Shown here: positions 41,101 to 51,182 of the stretch, piece by piece
Position numbering within the stretch: the stretch's first letter is position 1
Layout of the letters: each line of letters begins with the position of its first letter
Source of the DNA: Vulcanimicrobiales bacterium
Lineage (GTDB): Bacteria; Vulcanimicrobiota; Vulcanimicrobiia; Vulcanimicrobiales; Vulcanimicrobiaceae
DNA length: 64,000 nucleotides
Assembly (NCBI GenBank): GCA_038215615.1
Contig: JBBQQR010000001.1
Span: forward strand, 155,501-219,500
Direction: 5' to 3'
Notes under the pieces: model-generated
What the model saw: only the letters and a program-made list of their open reading frames with translations
Told to the model about the DNA's origin: nothing
Databases searched by the model: none
Translations under genes and position numbers: made by a program

Positions 41101-42532
41101 GCGTACTGCTTTCGTCGCTTGCGCGCTGCTGGCCGGGTGCGCGCATTCGCCGCCGGCGCAGCGGCATGCCGTCGCCGTCGCACGTCGTCCGGCGTCGCCG
41201 GCTTGGGGAGAGGCTGCCAAACGCGGCTTGCGGACCGCCATCGCGCGGTCGCTGGCTCCGGCAACGGCGCTTTCCTACGACTGGAGCTGCGCCGTCGTCG
41301 CGCAGGACGGCACGCTGCTTTACTCCGATCGCAGCGAACACGCAGTCGTTCCGGCTTCAACGCTGAAGTTAATCGTGGGCGCCGTCGTGCTCGCGCAATT
41401 TACTTCCGGCTACCGCTTTCACACTCGCTTTGCGAGCGCGCTGCCGCCCCGCGACGGAGTTATCGCGGGCGACTTTTGGCTCGCCGGATCCGGGGATCCG
41501 TCGCTGCGATCCGACGATCTGCGGCGCGGCGTAGAAAAACTTCGTGCCGCCGGAGTGCGCGCAATCGAAGGCGGCGTCGCCGTCGACGCGAGCGCGTTGG
41601 CAGGTCCGGAGCTCAATCCGTACTGGAATCCCGGCGACGCGAACGAAGATTTTATGGCGCCGACCAGTGGGGTCTCCGTTGACGAAGATACGGTCGAGTT
41701 TCGCATAGCGGGTGCGGCGGCCGGCCGGTCGGCGGGCGTACGTATCAAACCGCGGAGCAGCGCTATACGTTTCTCTGGATCGATTGCAACCGGATACGCT
41801 GACGACGTCATCGTCGCTGCGATGGGAACGCCCGGCGTTTTCCGGCTGAGCGGAACGATCCCGCCGGGCATGCGCCACACGTTCTACGTACCGGTGCACG
41901 ATATTCCGCATTACGCCGGGGTCGTGCTTTCAGGTTTCTTACGCGCCGCCGGAATCGGCGTTGCGCGCGGTCCGCGGGCCGCGAAAATCCCGCGCGACGC
42001 GCAGACGCTCTGGGATCATCCGTCGCCCGCGCTAGTGCAACTCGTTCACCATATGATGATTTTTTCCGACAATCACTTCGCCGAGCAATTCTTGCGCGCG
42101 CTCGGCGGGATGCGCGGACGCGCGGACGACGCGCACGGGGTCGCCGCAGAGCGCGCCGCTTTGAAGAACGACGGCGTACCGACTCCCGGGCTTCGCCTCG
42201 TAGACGGTAGTGGATTGGCCGAGGCAAACCGCGTCGCGGCGATAACGCTCGTACGGCTGCTCGCACACAGCGATGCAGATCAACGCGGAAACGCGCTCTA
42301 CCCGGTGCTCGCCCGCGGGGGCTTGGACGGCACGTTGAAGCGGTACCATTTTTCGCAAGCAAGCGGACGCGTGCGCGCCAAGAGCGGTCATCTGGCCGCG
42401 GTCTCCGCGCTGGCCGGCTTTGTAAACACCAGGCACCACGGGCGAGTCGCGTTCGCATTTTTGTTCAACGGTGTGCGCGATGCGGCGGACCCGGCCGTCG
42501 TTGCCGCAATCGATCGCATAGCTCAGCGTTGA
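41048..42532 (+). CDS. dacB: D-alanyl-D-alanine carboxypeptidase/endopeptidase (PBP4, S13), lipoprotein; start uncertain
   Basis: LLAGC lipobox, PASTLK (SxxK), GSGDP, SDN, DGSGL and KSG. Confidence 0.88.
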   Translation: MKNTVKSKQSSTRFLALKRTAFVACALLAGCAHSPPAQRHAVAVARRPASPAWGEAAKRGLRTAIARSLAPATALSYDWSCAVVAQDGTLLYSDRSEHAVVPASTLKLIVGAVVLAQFTSGYRFHTRFASALPPRDGVIAGDFWLAGSGDPSLRSDDLRRGVEKLRAAGVRAIEGGVAVDASALAGPELNPYWNPGDANEDFMAPTSGVSVDEDTVEFRIAGAAAGRSAGVRIKPRSSAIRFSGSIATGYADDVIVAAMGTPGVFRLSGTIPPGMRHTFYVPVHDIPHYAGVVLSGFLRAAGIGVARGPRAAKIPRDAQTLWDHPSPALVQLVHHMMIFSDNHFAEQFLRALGGMRGRADDAHGVAAERAALKNDGVPTPGLRLVDGSGLAEANRVAAITLVRLLAHSDADQRGNALYPVLARGGLDGTLKRYHFSQASGRVRAKSGHLAAVSALAGFVNTRHHGRVAFAFLFNGVRDAADPAVVAAIDRIAQR

Positions 42533-42571
42533 GCGGGGCGCTTGCACGGCCGGGCCGAAGCGGAAGATCCG

Positions 42572-43999
42572 ATGGTTCCTATTAGCTTCGCCCTGATCAT
42601 GCGCGTGGAGATGCCCAAAAGCCCGGGCGCATTCAGCCAGCTCGCGGCCGCGATCGGCGACGCCGGCGGAGTCATCTCGGCCGTGGATATGCGCGCGCCC
42701 GGAAAATCGACCGTCGTGCGCGACGTGACCGTCAACGTCAGCTCCGAATCGATCGGCAAGGCCGTACGCGAAGCGGTCGAAGCACTCGCCGGCGTGAACG
42801 TCGTCTTCGTTTCCGATAGCACGTTCCTTGCGCACTTGGGCGGCAAGATCACGGTCGAGCCGAAAATTCCGATCAAGACGCGCCAAGATCTCTCGACTGT
42901 TTATACGCCCGGCGTGGCGCGCGTCTCCATGGCGATCGCCGCCGATCCGAGCAAAGCGTTTAATCTTTCTATCAAGCGCAACTCCGTCGCCGTCGTCACC
43001 GACGGCACCGCGGTCCTAGGGTTGGGCGACATCGGTCCGTTCGGCGCACTTCCCGTGATGGAAGGCAAAGCGATGCTGTTCAAGCAGTTCGCCGGCATCG
43101 ATGCTTTCCCGATCTGCCTCGACACAAAAGACGTGGACGAGATCGTGGAGACGGTCGTACATATTGCGCCTGTTTTCGGCGGCATCAATCTCGAGGACAT
43201 ATCGGCGCCGCGCTGTTTCGAGATCGAAGAGCGGCTGATCGAAGCGCTGGATATTCCCGTGATGCACGACGATCAGCACGGCACCGCCGTCGTGATTTTG
43301 GCCGCGCTCATCAATGCGTCGCGCGTCGTAGGCAAAGAGATGAGCGATCTGCAAATCGTCGTGGCAGGCAGCGGAGCCGCCGGTACGGCTACGATCAAAA
43401 TGCTGCTCGAAGCGGGCGTGCGAGACGTCATCCCGGTCGATCGTCCGGGCGCACTCAATCGCACCGACCGTTACGAAAACTCGCACTGGCGGTGGCTGGC
43501 CGAAAACACCAACCGCGAAAACCGTCGCGGTTCGCTGGCCGAAGTGCTCAAGGGTTCCGACGTTTTTATCGGCGTTTCGGCGCCGGGCATTCTCAAACCG
43601 GAAGACATCCGCGGAATGGCGCGCGATCCGATCGTGCTCGCCATGGCGAATCCGACGCCGGAAATTATGCCCGATGTCGCTGAACCGTACGTCGGCGTTA
43701 TCGCGACCGGGCGCTCAGATTTCCCGAACCAAGTCAACAATCTGCTGGCATTTCCGGGAATCTTCCGGGGAGCGCTCGATTCGCGCGCGCGTTGCATTAC
43801 CGACAAAATGAAGCTCGCGGCGGCGCACGCGATCGCCTCGATCGTCGGGGAAGAGTGCAGCTCCGAGTATATTTTACCGAGCGTCTTTGATTCCCGAGTT
43901 GTCGAAACGGTGGCGAAAGCGGTCGCATCGGCGGCCGTTGAAGAAGGAGTAGCGCGCCGGCACGTTTTGAGCGAAGGCGAACCTGCTCAGTGGCGCTAG
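42572..43999 (+). CDS. malic enzyme with N-terminal ACT domain
   Basis: YTPGV, VTDGTAVLGLG, MEGK, HDDQHGTA and TGRSDFPNQVNN. Confidence 0.93.
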   Translation: MVPISFALIMRVEMPKSPGAFSQLAAAIGDAGGVISAVDMRAPGKSTVVRDVTVNVSSESIGKAVREAVEALAGVNVVFVSDSTFLAHLGGKITVEPKIPIKTRQDLSTVYTPGVARVSMAIAADPSKAFNLSIKRNSVAVVTDGTAVLGLGDIGPFGALPVMEGKAMLFKQFAGIDAFPICLDTKDVDEIVETVVHIAPVFGGINLEDISAPRCFEIEERLIEALDIPVMHDDQHGTAVVILAALINASRVVGKEMSDLQIVVAGSGAAGTATIKMLLEAGVRDVIPVDRPGALNRTDRYENSHWRWLAENTNRENRRGSLAEVLKGSDVFIGVSAPGILKPEDIRGMARDPIVLAMANPTPEIMPDVAEPYVGVIATGRSDFPNQVNNLLAFPGIFRGALDSRARCITDKMKLAAAHAIASIVGEECSSEYILPSVFDSRVVETVAKAVASAAVEEGVARRHVLSEGEPAQWR

Positions 44000-44682
44000 C
44001 GCGCATTCTCGTCATCGAAGATGACGAAGAAGTCTCCAAACTCGAACAAGCGGTGCTCGAACGGGCCGGCTACGAAGTCCGCGTGACCGGGAGCGGCGTT
44101 CAAGGTTTGGAACTCGCCGATTCATACAAACCGGATGCGGTTATCCTCGATATCGGTTTGCCGGATATTTCGGGGCTCGACGTTTGCACGACGCTTTCGA
44201 ATACGACCAGCGCGTTTATATTGATGGTCAGCGGACATTCGCGCGAGCAAGACGTGTTGCTCGGACTTGGACTGGGCGCCGACGACTACATCACCAAGCC
44301 TTTTTCCGGAAACGAACTGGTAGCGCGCGTCGCCAGTTTTTTGCGGCGGCGCGAAAAATATCTGCAGCAAAAAGACGATGCAGGCGTCCTGCAAATAGGA
44401 AGCGCACAATTGGTGCGCGACTTCCACACGCTTAACTACGACGACCGGACGATCACGCTGACGGCACTCGAGTTCCGGCTGCTGTGGTTTTTGGCTGAAG
44501 GCGAAGGGCGTTTGCTTACGCGCGCGCAGATTCTCGAACAGGTATGGAACGACACGTCCGGCGTTCCGACGCGCGTCGTCGACGTGCACATCGCGGCGCT
44601 GCGAAAGAAAATGTCGGAAGTAGAAGCCCCTCTGGAAATTGCGAGCGTCCGCGGCATCGGCTATCGGCTCGACACCAAGTGA
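43990..44682 (+). CDS. OmpR-family response regulator (no adjacent kinase)
   Basis: IEDD, LDIGLP, GADDYITKPF, VDVHIAALRKK and VRGIGY. Confidence 0.93.
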   Translation: MALARILVIEDDEEVSKLEQAVLERAGYEVRVTGSGVQGLELADSYKPDAVILDIGLPDISGLDVCTTLSNTTSAFILMVSGHSREQDVLLGLGLGADDYITKPFSGNELVARVASFLRRREKYLQQKDDAGVLQIGSAQLVRDFHTLNYDDRTITLTALEFRLLWFLAEGEGRLLTRAQILEQVWNDTSGVPTRVVDVHIAALRKKMSEVEAPLEIASVRGIGYRLDTK

Positions 44683-44730
44683 CGCTCCGGCGGCAGGTGA
44701 GCCTCTCCAAGCGTCCGTAACCCAAGACAG

Positions 44731-47496
44731 GTGCCCCTGTTTTTTTTCGCCCTCGCGCTGACCCTGTATTCCGCGCCCGCCGGCAACCGCGTCGCCGGAG
44801 CTTCCAATCCGAATAATCCGTATAATGTGATCTTGCCCAACGGCCGACTGGTCGCGCCTGTCGGGCGCAGCGTTGTCGTCGGCATGAATGCTTTGGGCGT
44901 AGCCCTTTCGCCCGATGGAAAATACGCGATCGTCACCAACGATGACGAACGCGAAAGCAGTGCGATCAGCCGCTACACGCAAGTTCACGGCGGCTATTCG
45001 CTAACCGTCGTCAATACGGCGACGATGGCCGTCACCGACAATTACACGGCAAAAGACGTCAAATTGTTTCTGGGCGTCGTCGCGCTAAACGATCCGGCGC
45101 ATCCGGGACAGACGCTGGTGATTGCGGGCGGCGGCGGAAACGATACGATCCTTTTCTTCCATTTGGATTCAGCGGGCAAACTGCAGCAAGACTCGTCTGC
45201 GCTGCAGACGATGCCGCCGATTCCCACGCCGAGCAAACCGCTTTACGCGAACACGAACCGCGCCTTTCCGGGCTCGATCGTGCTTTCGCCCGATCGTCGA
45301 GTTGCTTACGTGGTGAACAATCTCGGGAACGCGGTGACCGACGTTGACGTGGCAACCCGCCGGCGTTTGCACGACGGGCCGCCCATCGCGGTCGGATATT
45401 TTCCCTACGGTGCGGCGGTTGCGGGGCACCGCTTGTACGTCACCAATCCGGGGCTCTCGATCTATGAGAATCTGCCCGAACCGGTTCGCTACCCGCAATT
45501 TGCAAACGTCGTGGCCGCGCCGCAACTTGCGCAGTCGCTGACGGTGCTGCCGCTTTCCGCAACCGGCCTGATCGCCGGTCCTGCGATCGGAACGCTCAGT
45601 TTGGACGGCACGCCGGACGGCGTGCAAAACGTGGGCGGCGCGCAGCCGACGGCGATCGCGGTTTCCAAGAATGGCCGGTATGCTTACGTCTGCATGACCA
45701 ACGTCGATCGCGTAGCCGTGGTCGATCTGCTCGGCGTGCCGCGCGTGGTTGGCGGCATCGACCTGCGCCTCTTCGATAAGGCGCCCTACGGTATGCAGCC
45801 CAATGCCATTGTAACGAGCGCCGACGGCAAGCGCGTCTACGTGGCCCTCGCCGGACTCAATGCAGTGGCCGTTCTCGATGCTAAAGTGCCCTCCCGGCTG
45901 CATCGTTTGGGGCTGATCCCGACCGGCTGGTACCCAAGCGCGCTCGCATTGTCGCGCGACGGCCGCTATCTTTATGTAGCCAACGCCAAAGGCTTCGGGC
46001 AGGAGCCGAACTTTGAAGGCGCCGTGCCGCTGCACATCGCCGGCGGACGCGTGCTGCAAGTACTCCAAGACAGCAACGTCATTTGGTCTACGCTCGAAAA
46101 AATCGACCTGCGCAAACTTCCGCTTACGGCGATGACTCTTTCCACGCTGAAATACGCGCGCGTACCGCGGAATCCGCCGGCAAATACGATGGTGCCGCCG
46201 CTGCGCTCGCTCCAGCGCAGCACGTTCGTCAAGCACGTCGTCTTCATTCTGGAAGAGAACAAAACGTACGATGCCATGCTGGGCGATCTCACCGACGCTC
46301 AAGGGCAGCCCTATGGCAGAGGCGATCCGTCCCTGGTTTCGTTCGGGCAAGACGTAACGCCCAATCTGCACCAGCTCGCGCGCGATTTCGCTCTCGCGGT
46401 AAATATTTATGCCGACGGCGACGAGTCCGACGCCGGCCATCAGTTTGCGGCCGGCGGAATTGCGAGTGCCTACTCGGAGAAAACGCTGCTCGTAAAAACC
46501 GGACGCTATCCGCTCATCAATAAAAACGAGGATGTGGAAGATTATCCGCGTGCGGGATACATTTTCAACAACGCGGCGCGCGGTGGTGTGTCGTACCGCG
46601 ATTACGGCGACTTGATTCGGCTGTCTGGTTATGACGAGGGCGGCGCGCTCGATCCTCGCGCGGACGATCCGAACTTTCGCGGCATGAACGATCAAAGCGC
46701 GGCGACCAGCGGATTAGGCGGCTTATATTCGCTGAACACGCTGGCACCCGCAGCGCTGAAAGATCATATCGATACGAACTATCCGGGCTGGAACTTGCGC
46801 ATCCGCGACGTCCGGCGTGCGAACGAGTACATCAACGACTTTCATAATCAGCCGATGCCGGACTTCACCTACATTTGGCTGCCGAGCGATCATGGCGGCG
46901 CCGGTCCGGACATTCCGCCCATCCCTGAAGAAGTAGCCGACGGAGACCGCGCGCTCGGCGCGATCGTCGATTTCATCAGTCACCAGCCCGAATGGGACTC
47001 AACGGTCATTTTTATTACGCCCGACGACGCGCAAAGCTCGCGCGATCACATCAGCGAGCACCGGCTCTATGCAATTGTCGTTTCGCCATACGCGCGCCGT
47101 CACTACACCGGTTCGGTTCATCTTTCAACCGTGAGTATCTTGAAAACCGAAGAAGAGCTGCTCGGCCTGCCGGCGCTTTCGCTCGGCGATCTGCTGGCGA
47201 CCGACATGGCCGATTTCTTTACCGCGTCCGCGGCCGATGCCGCGCCCTACAACGCCATTCCCGTTCCCACGCAGACGGCTAGCGCGCAGGGGCGTCGCAT
47301 CGCTGCGCTGCTGGAGTATACCGACCAAACCGGGCCCGACGCGGACGTGCAGCGATCGGCGCGCCTGATCGATCTTTCGCGCCAAGCCGATAAACTCGCG
47401 GCGCAGCGCGGGGCGATTGGCGCCGCTGCGTATGAAGCCGCTCAGCATGCACTCTATGCGGCGGCGCTGCGCGCCGTCGGTGAGGACCGGAAATGA
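44731..47496 (+). CDS. secreted YVTN beta-propeller plus phosphoesterase domain protein
   Basis: Repeated SPDG/SRDG...YV blades, IPTGWYP and HVVFILEENKTYDAMLGD. Confidence 0.88.
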   Translation: MPLFFFALALTLYSAPAGNRVAGASNPNNPYNVILPNGRLVAPVGRSVVVGMNALGVALSPDGKYAIVTNDDERESSAISRYTQVHGGYSLTVVNTATMAVTDNYTAKDVKLFLGVVALNDPAHPGQTLVIAGGGGNDTILFFHLDSAGKLQQDSSALQTMPPIPTPSKPLYANTNRAFPGSIVLSPDRRVAYVVNNLGNAVTDVDVATRRRLHDGPPIAVGYFPYGAAVAGHRLYVTNPGLSIYENLPEPVRYPQFANVVAAPQLAQSLTVLPLSATGLIAGPAIGTLSLDGTPDGVQNVGGAQPTAIAVSKNGRYAYVCMTNVDRVAVVDLLGVPRVVGGIDLRLFDKAPYGMQPNAIVTSADGKRVYVALAGLNAVAVLDAKVPSRLHRLGLIPTGWYPSALALSRDGRYLYVANAKGFGQEPNFEGAVPLHIAGGRVLQVLQDSNVIWSTLEKIDLRKLPLTAMTLSTLKYARVPRNPPANTMVPPLRSLQRSTFVKHVVFILEENKTYDAMLGDLTDAQGQPYGRGDPSLVSFGQDVTPNLHQLARDFALAVNIYADGDESDAGHQFAAGGIASAYSEKTLLVKTGRYPLINKNEDVEDYPRAGYIFNNAARGGVSYRDYGDLIRLSGYDEGGALDPRADDPNFRGMNDQSAATSGLGGLYSLNTLAPAALKDHIDTNYPGWNLRIRDVRRANEYINDFHNQPMPDFTYIWLPSDHGGAGPDIPPIPEEVADGDRALGAIVDFISHQPEWDSTVIFITPDDAQSSRDHISEHRLYAIVVSPYARRHYTGSVHLSTVSILKTEEELLGLPALSLGDLLATDMADFFTASAADAAPYNAIPVPTQTASAQGRRIAALLEYTDQTGPDADVQRSARLIDLSRQADKLAAQRGAIGAAAYEAAQHALYAAALRAVGEDRK

Positions 47497-48326
47497 GCGG
47501 GCAAGTCGTAGACTACGGTCCGCGCCTGATCGTCAGCCCGGCAGCCGCTTTGCGGCGCGCGCTGATCGTGATGCCCTCAAAGACGATCGAAAACGCGCGG
47601 CCGCTTCAAGGCGAACCGAACGCCGTGCACGCGCGCGCGCTGGCCGAACTCGCGGTGTTCGCCAAAACGTTGCGCTTTTTCGGGTGCGACGTTGTCGAAT
47701 TGCAAAACTCTTCCGACGAACCGCTGGCAAGTTCAGTTGGCGACGTCGCGATCGTCTTTGAATCGGGCGCCGCGATCATGCGGCCTTCTTCGCCGGCGCG
47801 CCGCGCGGAAGCCGCCTGGATTGAAACGGAGTTCGAAAAACGCGACGTGCCAATCGCGGCGCACCTTTGCGAGCCGGCCCTGCTGGACGGAACCGACGTC
47901 GTGCTGGCCGGCAAAACGGCATTCATCGGCGTCAGCCGCCGGAGCAACGCACTCGGCCGCGACGGGTTTGCCCGGATCGCGCAGGCGCACGGATTTACGC
48001 CGGTGGAAGTGCCTTTGGCTGCGGGCGTCCCTTCGCTGCGCGCCGTTTGCGGCGTGCTCTCGGACGAGGAGCTCGTTATCGCCACCGAGCGGCTGGACCG
48101 CTCGCTATTCGTTGGATTCGCGACGATTGCGGTCGAGCGCGGCGACGAGCTTGGTGCCGGAGTCTTCAACCTGGGGTACAGGCACGTTATCGCAGACGTG
48201 CGTTTCCCGAGCGTCATCGATGCGCTGCGGGCAGCCGGCACGCGCGTAGACGCCATAGACCTTTATGATTTCGGCCGCATTGGGTTGACGCCGTCGATGC
48301 TTGCAATCGATTTAAAACGTGGCTAA
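47493..48326 (+). CDS. dimethylarginine dimethylaminohydrolase-like (pentein) protein, apparently catalytically degenerate
   Basis: RP...RRAE, LDGTDV and GVSRRSN align with DDAH, but the catalytic His and Cys positions are substituted. Confidence 0.75.
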   Translation: MSGQVVDYGPRLIVSPAAALRRALIVMPSKTIENARPLQGEPNAVHARALAELAVFAKTLRFFGCDVVELQNSSDEPLASSVGDVAIVFESGAAIMRPSSPARRAEAAWIETEFEKRDVPIAAHLCEPALLDGTDVVLAGKTAFIGVSRRSNALGRDGFARIAQAHGFTPVEVPLAAGVPSLRAVCGVLSDEELVIATERLDRSLFVGFATIAVERGDELGAGVFNLGYRHVIADVRFPSVIDALRAAGTRVDAIDLYDFGRIGLTPSMLAIDLKRG

Positions 48327-49071
48327 AAAACAGCTGCGCGTTGCTATTTTCTCCGATATTCACGGAAACCTGATGGGGCTCGAGGCCTGTCTGGCCGACC
48401 TGCAGGCGCAGGGCGGCGCGGACGTTCATGTGGCGGCCGGTGACCTCTGCATGGATGGGCCCAAACCTAAAAAAGTGCTGCAGCGCCTTCAAGAAATCGG
48501 CGCCCAGTGCTTACGCGGGAATACGGACCGCTATATCGGTGCGCAGACCGACGAAGAGATGGACGGCGCCGATGCGGCCGATCGCAAACAGCTTGAGTGG
48601 CAGCGCAAAGAGCTCGGCGAAAAATACGTTTCTTGGCTGCGCGCGCTTCCGTTTTCGCTGCGCTTTGGCACTGAAGAGAACCAGCTGCTGGTCGTGCACG
48701 CGAATCCGGCGAGTGACAACGAACACCTCTGGCCTGGCGCGGAAGACGACGTGCTCGAACGGCTGATTGGATCCGAACCCGCCGGAACCATCGCGTTCGG
48801 CCACCTGCACATTCCATACGTTCGGATGTGGCGCGGCAAGATGCTCGTGAACGTCTCATCGGCGGGCCTGCCCAAAGACGGCGACCCGCGCGCCGGCTAC
48901 GCGATCTTAACCGAGCGCTCCGGCGGGTGGGAAGTGAGACACCGCCGCGCCGCCTTCGACGTCAAGAAAGTCGCGACGCAGCTCGCAGACTGCGGAATTC
49001 CCGGCTCGTCTGATCTGATCACGACGCTGCGCCGCCACCGGTACAAACGATTAAAATCGCTGATCCCTTAG
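48319..49071 (+). CDS. metallophosphoesterase
   Basis: SDIHGN, GD, RGNTD, VHA and FGHLH. Confidence 0.9.
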   Translation: MAKKQLRVAIFSDIHGNLMGLEACLADLQAQGGADVHVAAGDLCMDGPKPKKVLQRLQEIGAQCLRGNTDRYIGAQTDEEMDGADAADRKQLEWQRKELGEKYVSWLRALPFSLRFGTEENQLLVVHANPASDNEHLWPGAEDDVLERLIGSEPAGTIAFGHLHIPYVRMWRGKMLVNVSSAGLPKDGDPRAGYAILTERSGGWEVRHRRAAFDVKKVATQLADCGIPGSSDLITTLRRHRYKRLKSLIP

Positions 49072-49802
49072 CGCTCGAAATTTCGACGATCGTCAAACGC
49101 TACGGCGAATTCACCGCCGTCGACGGCGTTTCGCTTCAGGTCAAGGCCGGCGATTTCTTTGGCTTTCTCGGGCCCAACGGTGCAGGCAAGACGACGACGA
49201 TTAACGCGATCGTCGGTCTGGCGCGGCTGAACGGCGGATCGATACGCGTCTTCGGTTACGACAACCTCACCCAGTGGCGCGACGCGCGCCGCTTCATCGG
49301 ACTGGCTCCGCAAGAGTATAATTTCGACCGCTACCTTTCGATTCGCGATATTCTGATCTATCAGGCCGGCTATTTCGGGATTCGCGCGCGCGACGTATCC
49401 GAGCGGGCGGACATGCTGCTCGAGCGTTTTGGGCTGGCTTCGAAGGCGAAACTCGATTACCTGAAGTTATCCGGCGGCCAGAAACGGCGCCTTACGCTGG
49501 CGCGCGCGCTCATCAATTCTCCACAGCTGCTTATTCTGGATGAGCCCACGGCCGGCGTGGACGTCGAATTGCGTCTTGAATTGTGGGAACTGCTGCAGCA
49601 ACTCAACCGCGAAGGCATGACGATTTTTTTGACGACGCACTACTTGGAGGAAGCCGAGCGGCTCTGCCGCGATGTCGGGATCATCCGCGCCGGAAAACTC
49701 GTTGCGCAAGAACCGATGCAAGAACTCCTGACGCGCAAAGGCAAGGGCCTGCAAGAAGTGTTTTTGGAACTGACCCGTCCGGGCTCGGCGGAACGTTCAT
49801 GA
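49056..49802 (+). CDS. ABC transporter ATP-binding protein (probable ATC/ATT start)
   Basis: Frame is open from 49014 and encodes GPNGAGKT well before the first ATG (49413). LSGGQ, ILDEP and TTH follow. Confidence 0.88.
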   Translation: MADPLALEISTIVKRYGEFTAVDGVSLQVKAGDFFGFLGPNGAGKTTTINAIVGLARLNGGSIRVFGYDNLTQWRDARRFIGLAPQEYNFDRYLSIRDILIYQAGYFGIRARDVSERADMLLERFGLASKAKLDYLKLSGGQKRRLTLARALINSPQLLILDEPTAGVDVELRLELWELLQQLNREGMTIFLTTHYLEEAERLCRDVGIIRAGKLVAQEPMQELLTRKGKGLQEVFLELTRPGSAERS

Positions 49803-50560
49803 ACTCGGTCGGGATGTTCACACTAATGAAGCGCGAGATGGTGCGAAGCCTGAAGATTATCAATCAAGTTATTTGGCCGCCGATGATCACGACCGCGCTC
49901 TACGTTTTCGTTTTCGGCGTGGCGCTAGGCAGCCGCGTTCATGCGCCGCACGGCATGTCATACTCGGTCTTTTTGATCCCGGGCCTCATCATGCTGCAAG
50001 TCATCGACTCATCGTACGGCGAGTGCAGCAGTTCGGTCTTTCAGGCGCGCTTTATGAATTGGATTCAGGAGATGCTGATCGCGCCGATGTCGGCCTATGA
50101 AATCGTTTTTGGATACATCTTGGGCAGCATCGCGCGGGCGATGCTCATCGCGTGCCTGATCATGGGCCTCGGTTTCGCCCTCGTGCACACGCTGCCGCGC
50201 GATTGGCTGCTTTACTTTGCCGTGATCGTCGACGTAGCGCTGCTCTTCTCGGCACTGGGCGTGATTTTTGGACTGATGGCGGAAAAATTCGACCACCTTG
50301 CCGTACTCACGACGTTTGCGATAACGCCGCTGGTCTTCGTCGGCAGCGCTTTCACGCCGGCTCAGTTCTTGCCGCCGAGCATCTTGCGTTTCGAGTACTT
50401 CAACCCGATGTTCTACGCGATTGACGCGTTCCGATATAGCTATACGGCGGCGAGCTACCTGCCGCTGTGGCTTTCGATGACCGTCATCACCGGGCTCGCG
50501 GCTCTCTGTCTCGGCATCGCGCTAACCATGGCCGTAACCGGATATAAACTGCGCGTCTAA
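49799..50560 (+). CDS. ABC-2 type transporter permease (YadH-like)
   Basis: About 6 TMs, FLIPGLIM and NPMFYAIDAFRY. ATGA overlap with the ATPase gene. Confidence 0.88.
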   Translation: MNSVGMFTLMKREMVRSLKIINQVIWPPMITTALYVFVFGVALGSRVHAPHGMSYSVFLIPGLIMLQVIDSSYGECSSSVFQARFMNWIQEMLIAPMSAYEIVFGYILGSIARAMLIACLIMGLGFALVHTLPRDWLLYFAVIVDVALLFSALGVIFGLMAEKFDHLAVLTTFAITPLVFVGSAFTPAQFLPPSILRFEYFNPMFYAIDAFRYSYTAASYLPLWLSMTVITGLAALCLGIALTMAVTGYKLRV

Positions 50561-50594
50561 AGGACGCCCGGCGCGGTATTCGGAAGCGCGCCTC

Positions 50595-50819
50595 ATGGAA
50601 GTAAAACCGACGTACCTCGGCACGATGATTGCGCTCGGCACGGCCGCGTTCGGCTTGATCGCCGCGCTGGCTTGGAACAAATTCATCACGGATCTCATCG
50701 CGATGTTTCTCAAAGCGGGCTCGGGCATATGGGCCGAACTTGCCTATGCCGTCATCATCACCATCGTCGCAATCTTGGTCATTCAGTCGCTTGGGCGGCT
50801 TGCCGAGCGGAGCCCGTAA
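50595..50819 (+). CDS. small membrane protein (DUF5654-like)
   Basis: TAAFGLIAALAWN motif and two TMs. Confidence 0.75.
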   Translation: MEVKPTYLGTMIALGTAAFGLIAALAWNKFITDLIAMFLKAGSGIWAELAYAVIITIVAILVIQSLGRLAERSP

Positions 50820-50843
50820 GCGGGGCTGGGTATAAGGGCGGGC

Positions 50844-51182
50844 ATGATTATATTCGCGCTCGTCTCCGTACTGCTCTCGCCGTGGAAAGGGCCGTCGCTT
50901 CCGACAGCGCCCTCGGGTAATGATGAAACGTCCTGGGCGATGACGGTGCACGGCGCGCCGCGCGCGCGGGTCGAACTGAGGGCCGACGGATTACCCGCTG
51001 GGTGGGTGGCGTCGTTTTGCACGCCCCGTCTATGCGCACCGTTTCACACGATTGCGACGCTCGACCGTAAGGGCCTCATGCGCTACCAGTTCAGTTTAAT
51101 CCGCACCGATCCGAAAGCGGCTGCGCACGCGCATGCGACCGTGCGCGCAAATAATCGAGTAGCGGCGGCTGCTTCGCGCTAA
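50844..51182 (+). CDS. small secreted hypothetical protein
   Basis: Hydrophobic N-terminus and GLPAGWVASFCTPRLC. Confidence 0.6.
   Translation: MIIFALVSVLLSPWKGPSLPTAPSGNDETSWAMTVHGAPRARVELRADGLPAGWVASFCTPRLCAPFHTIATLDRKGLMRYQFSLIRTDPKAAAHAHATVRANNRVAAAASR

Noticed and set aside
41039..41101. Non-canonical CTT start for dacB overlapping the upstream TAA
   Set aside because: In-frame ATG (41039) and GTG (41048) give a plausible lipoprotein signal, so no unusual start is needed.
24799..46695. Long antisense ORFs (24799..26115, 28992..30323, 39496..40779, 45169..46695)
   Set aside because: They shadow well-supported genes on the other strand, are expected at high GC and carry no recognisable motifs.
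49045..49060. -1 frameshift fusing the metallophosphoesterase to the ABC ATPase
   Set aside because: A-TTA-AAA is not a proper X-XXY-YYZ slippery heptamer. An ATC/ATT start is simpler.
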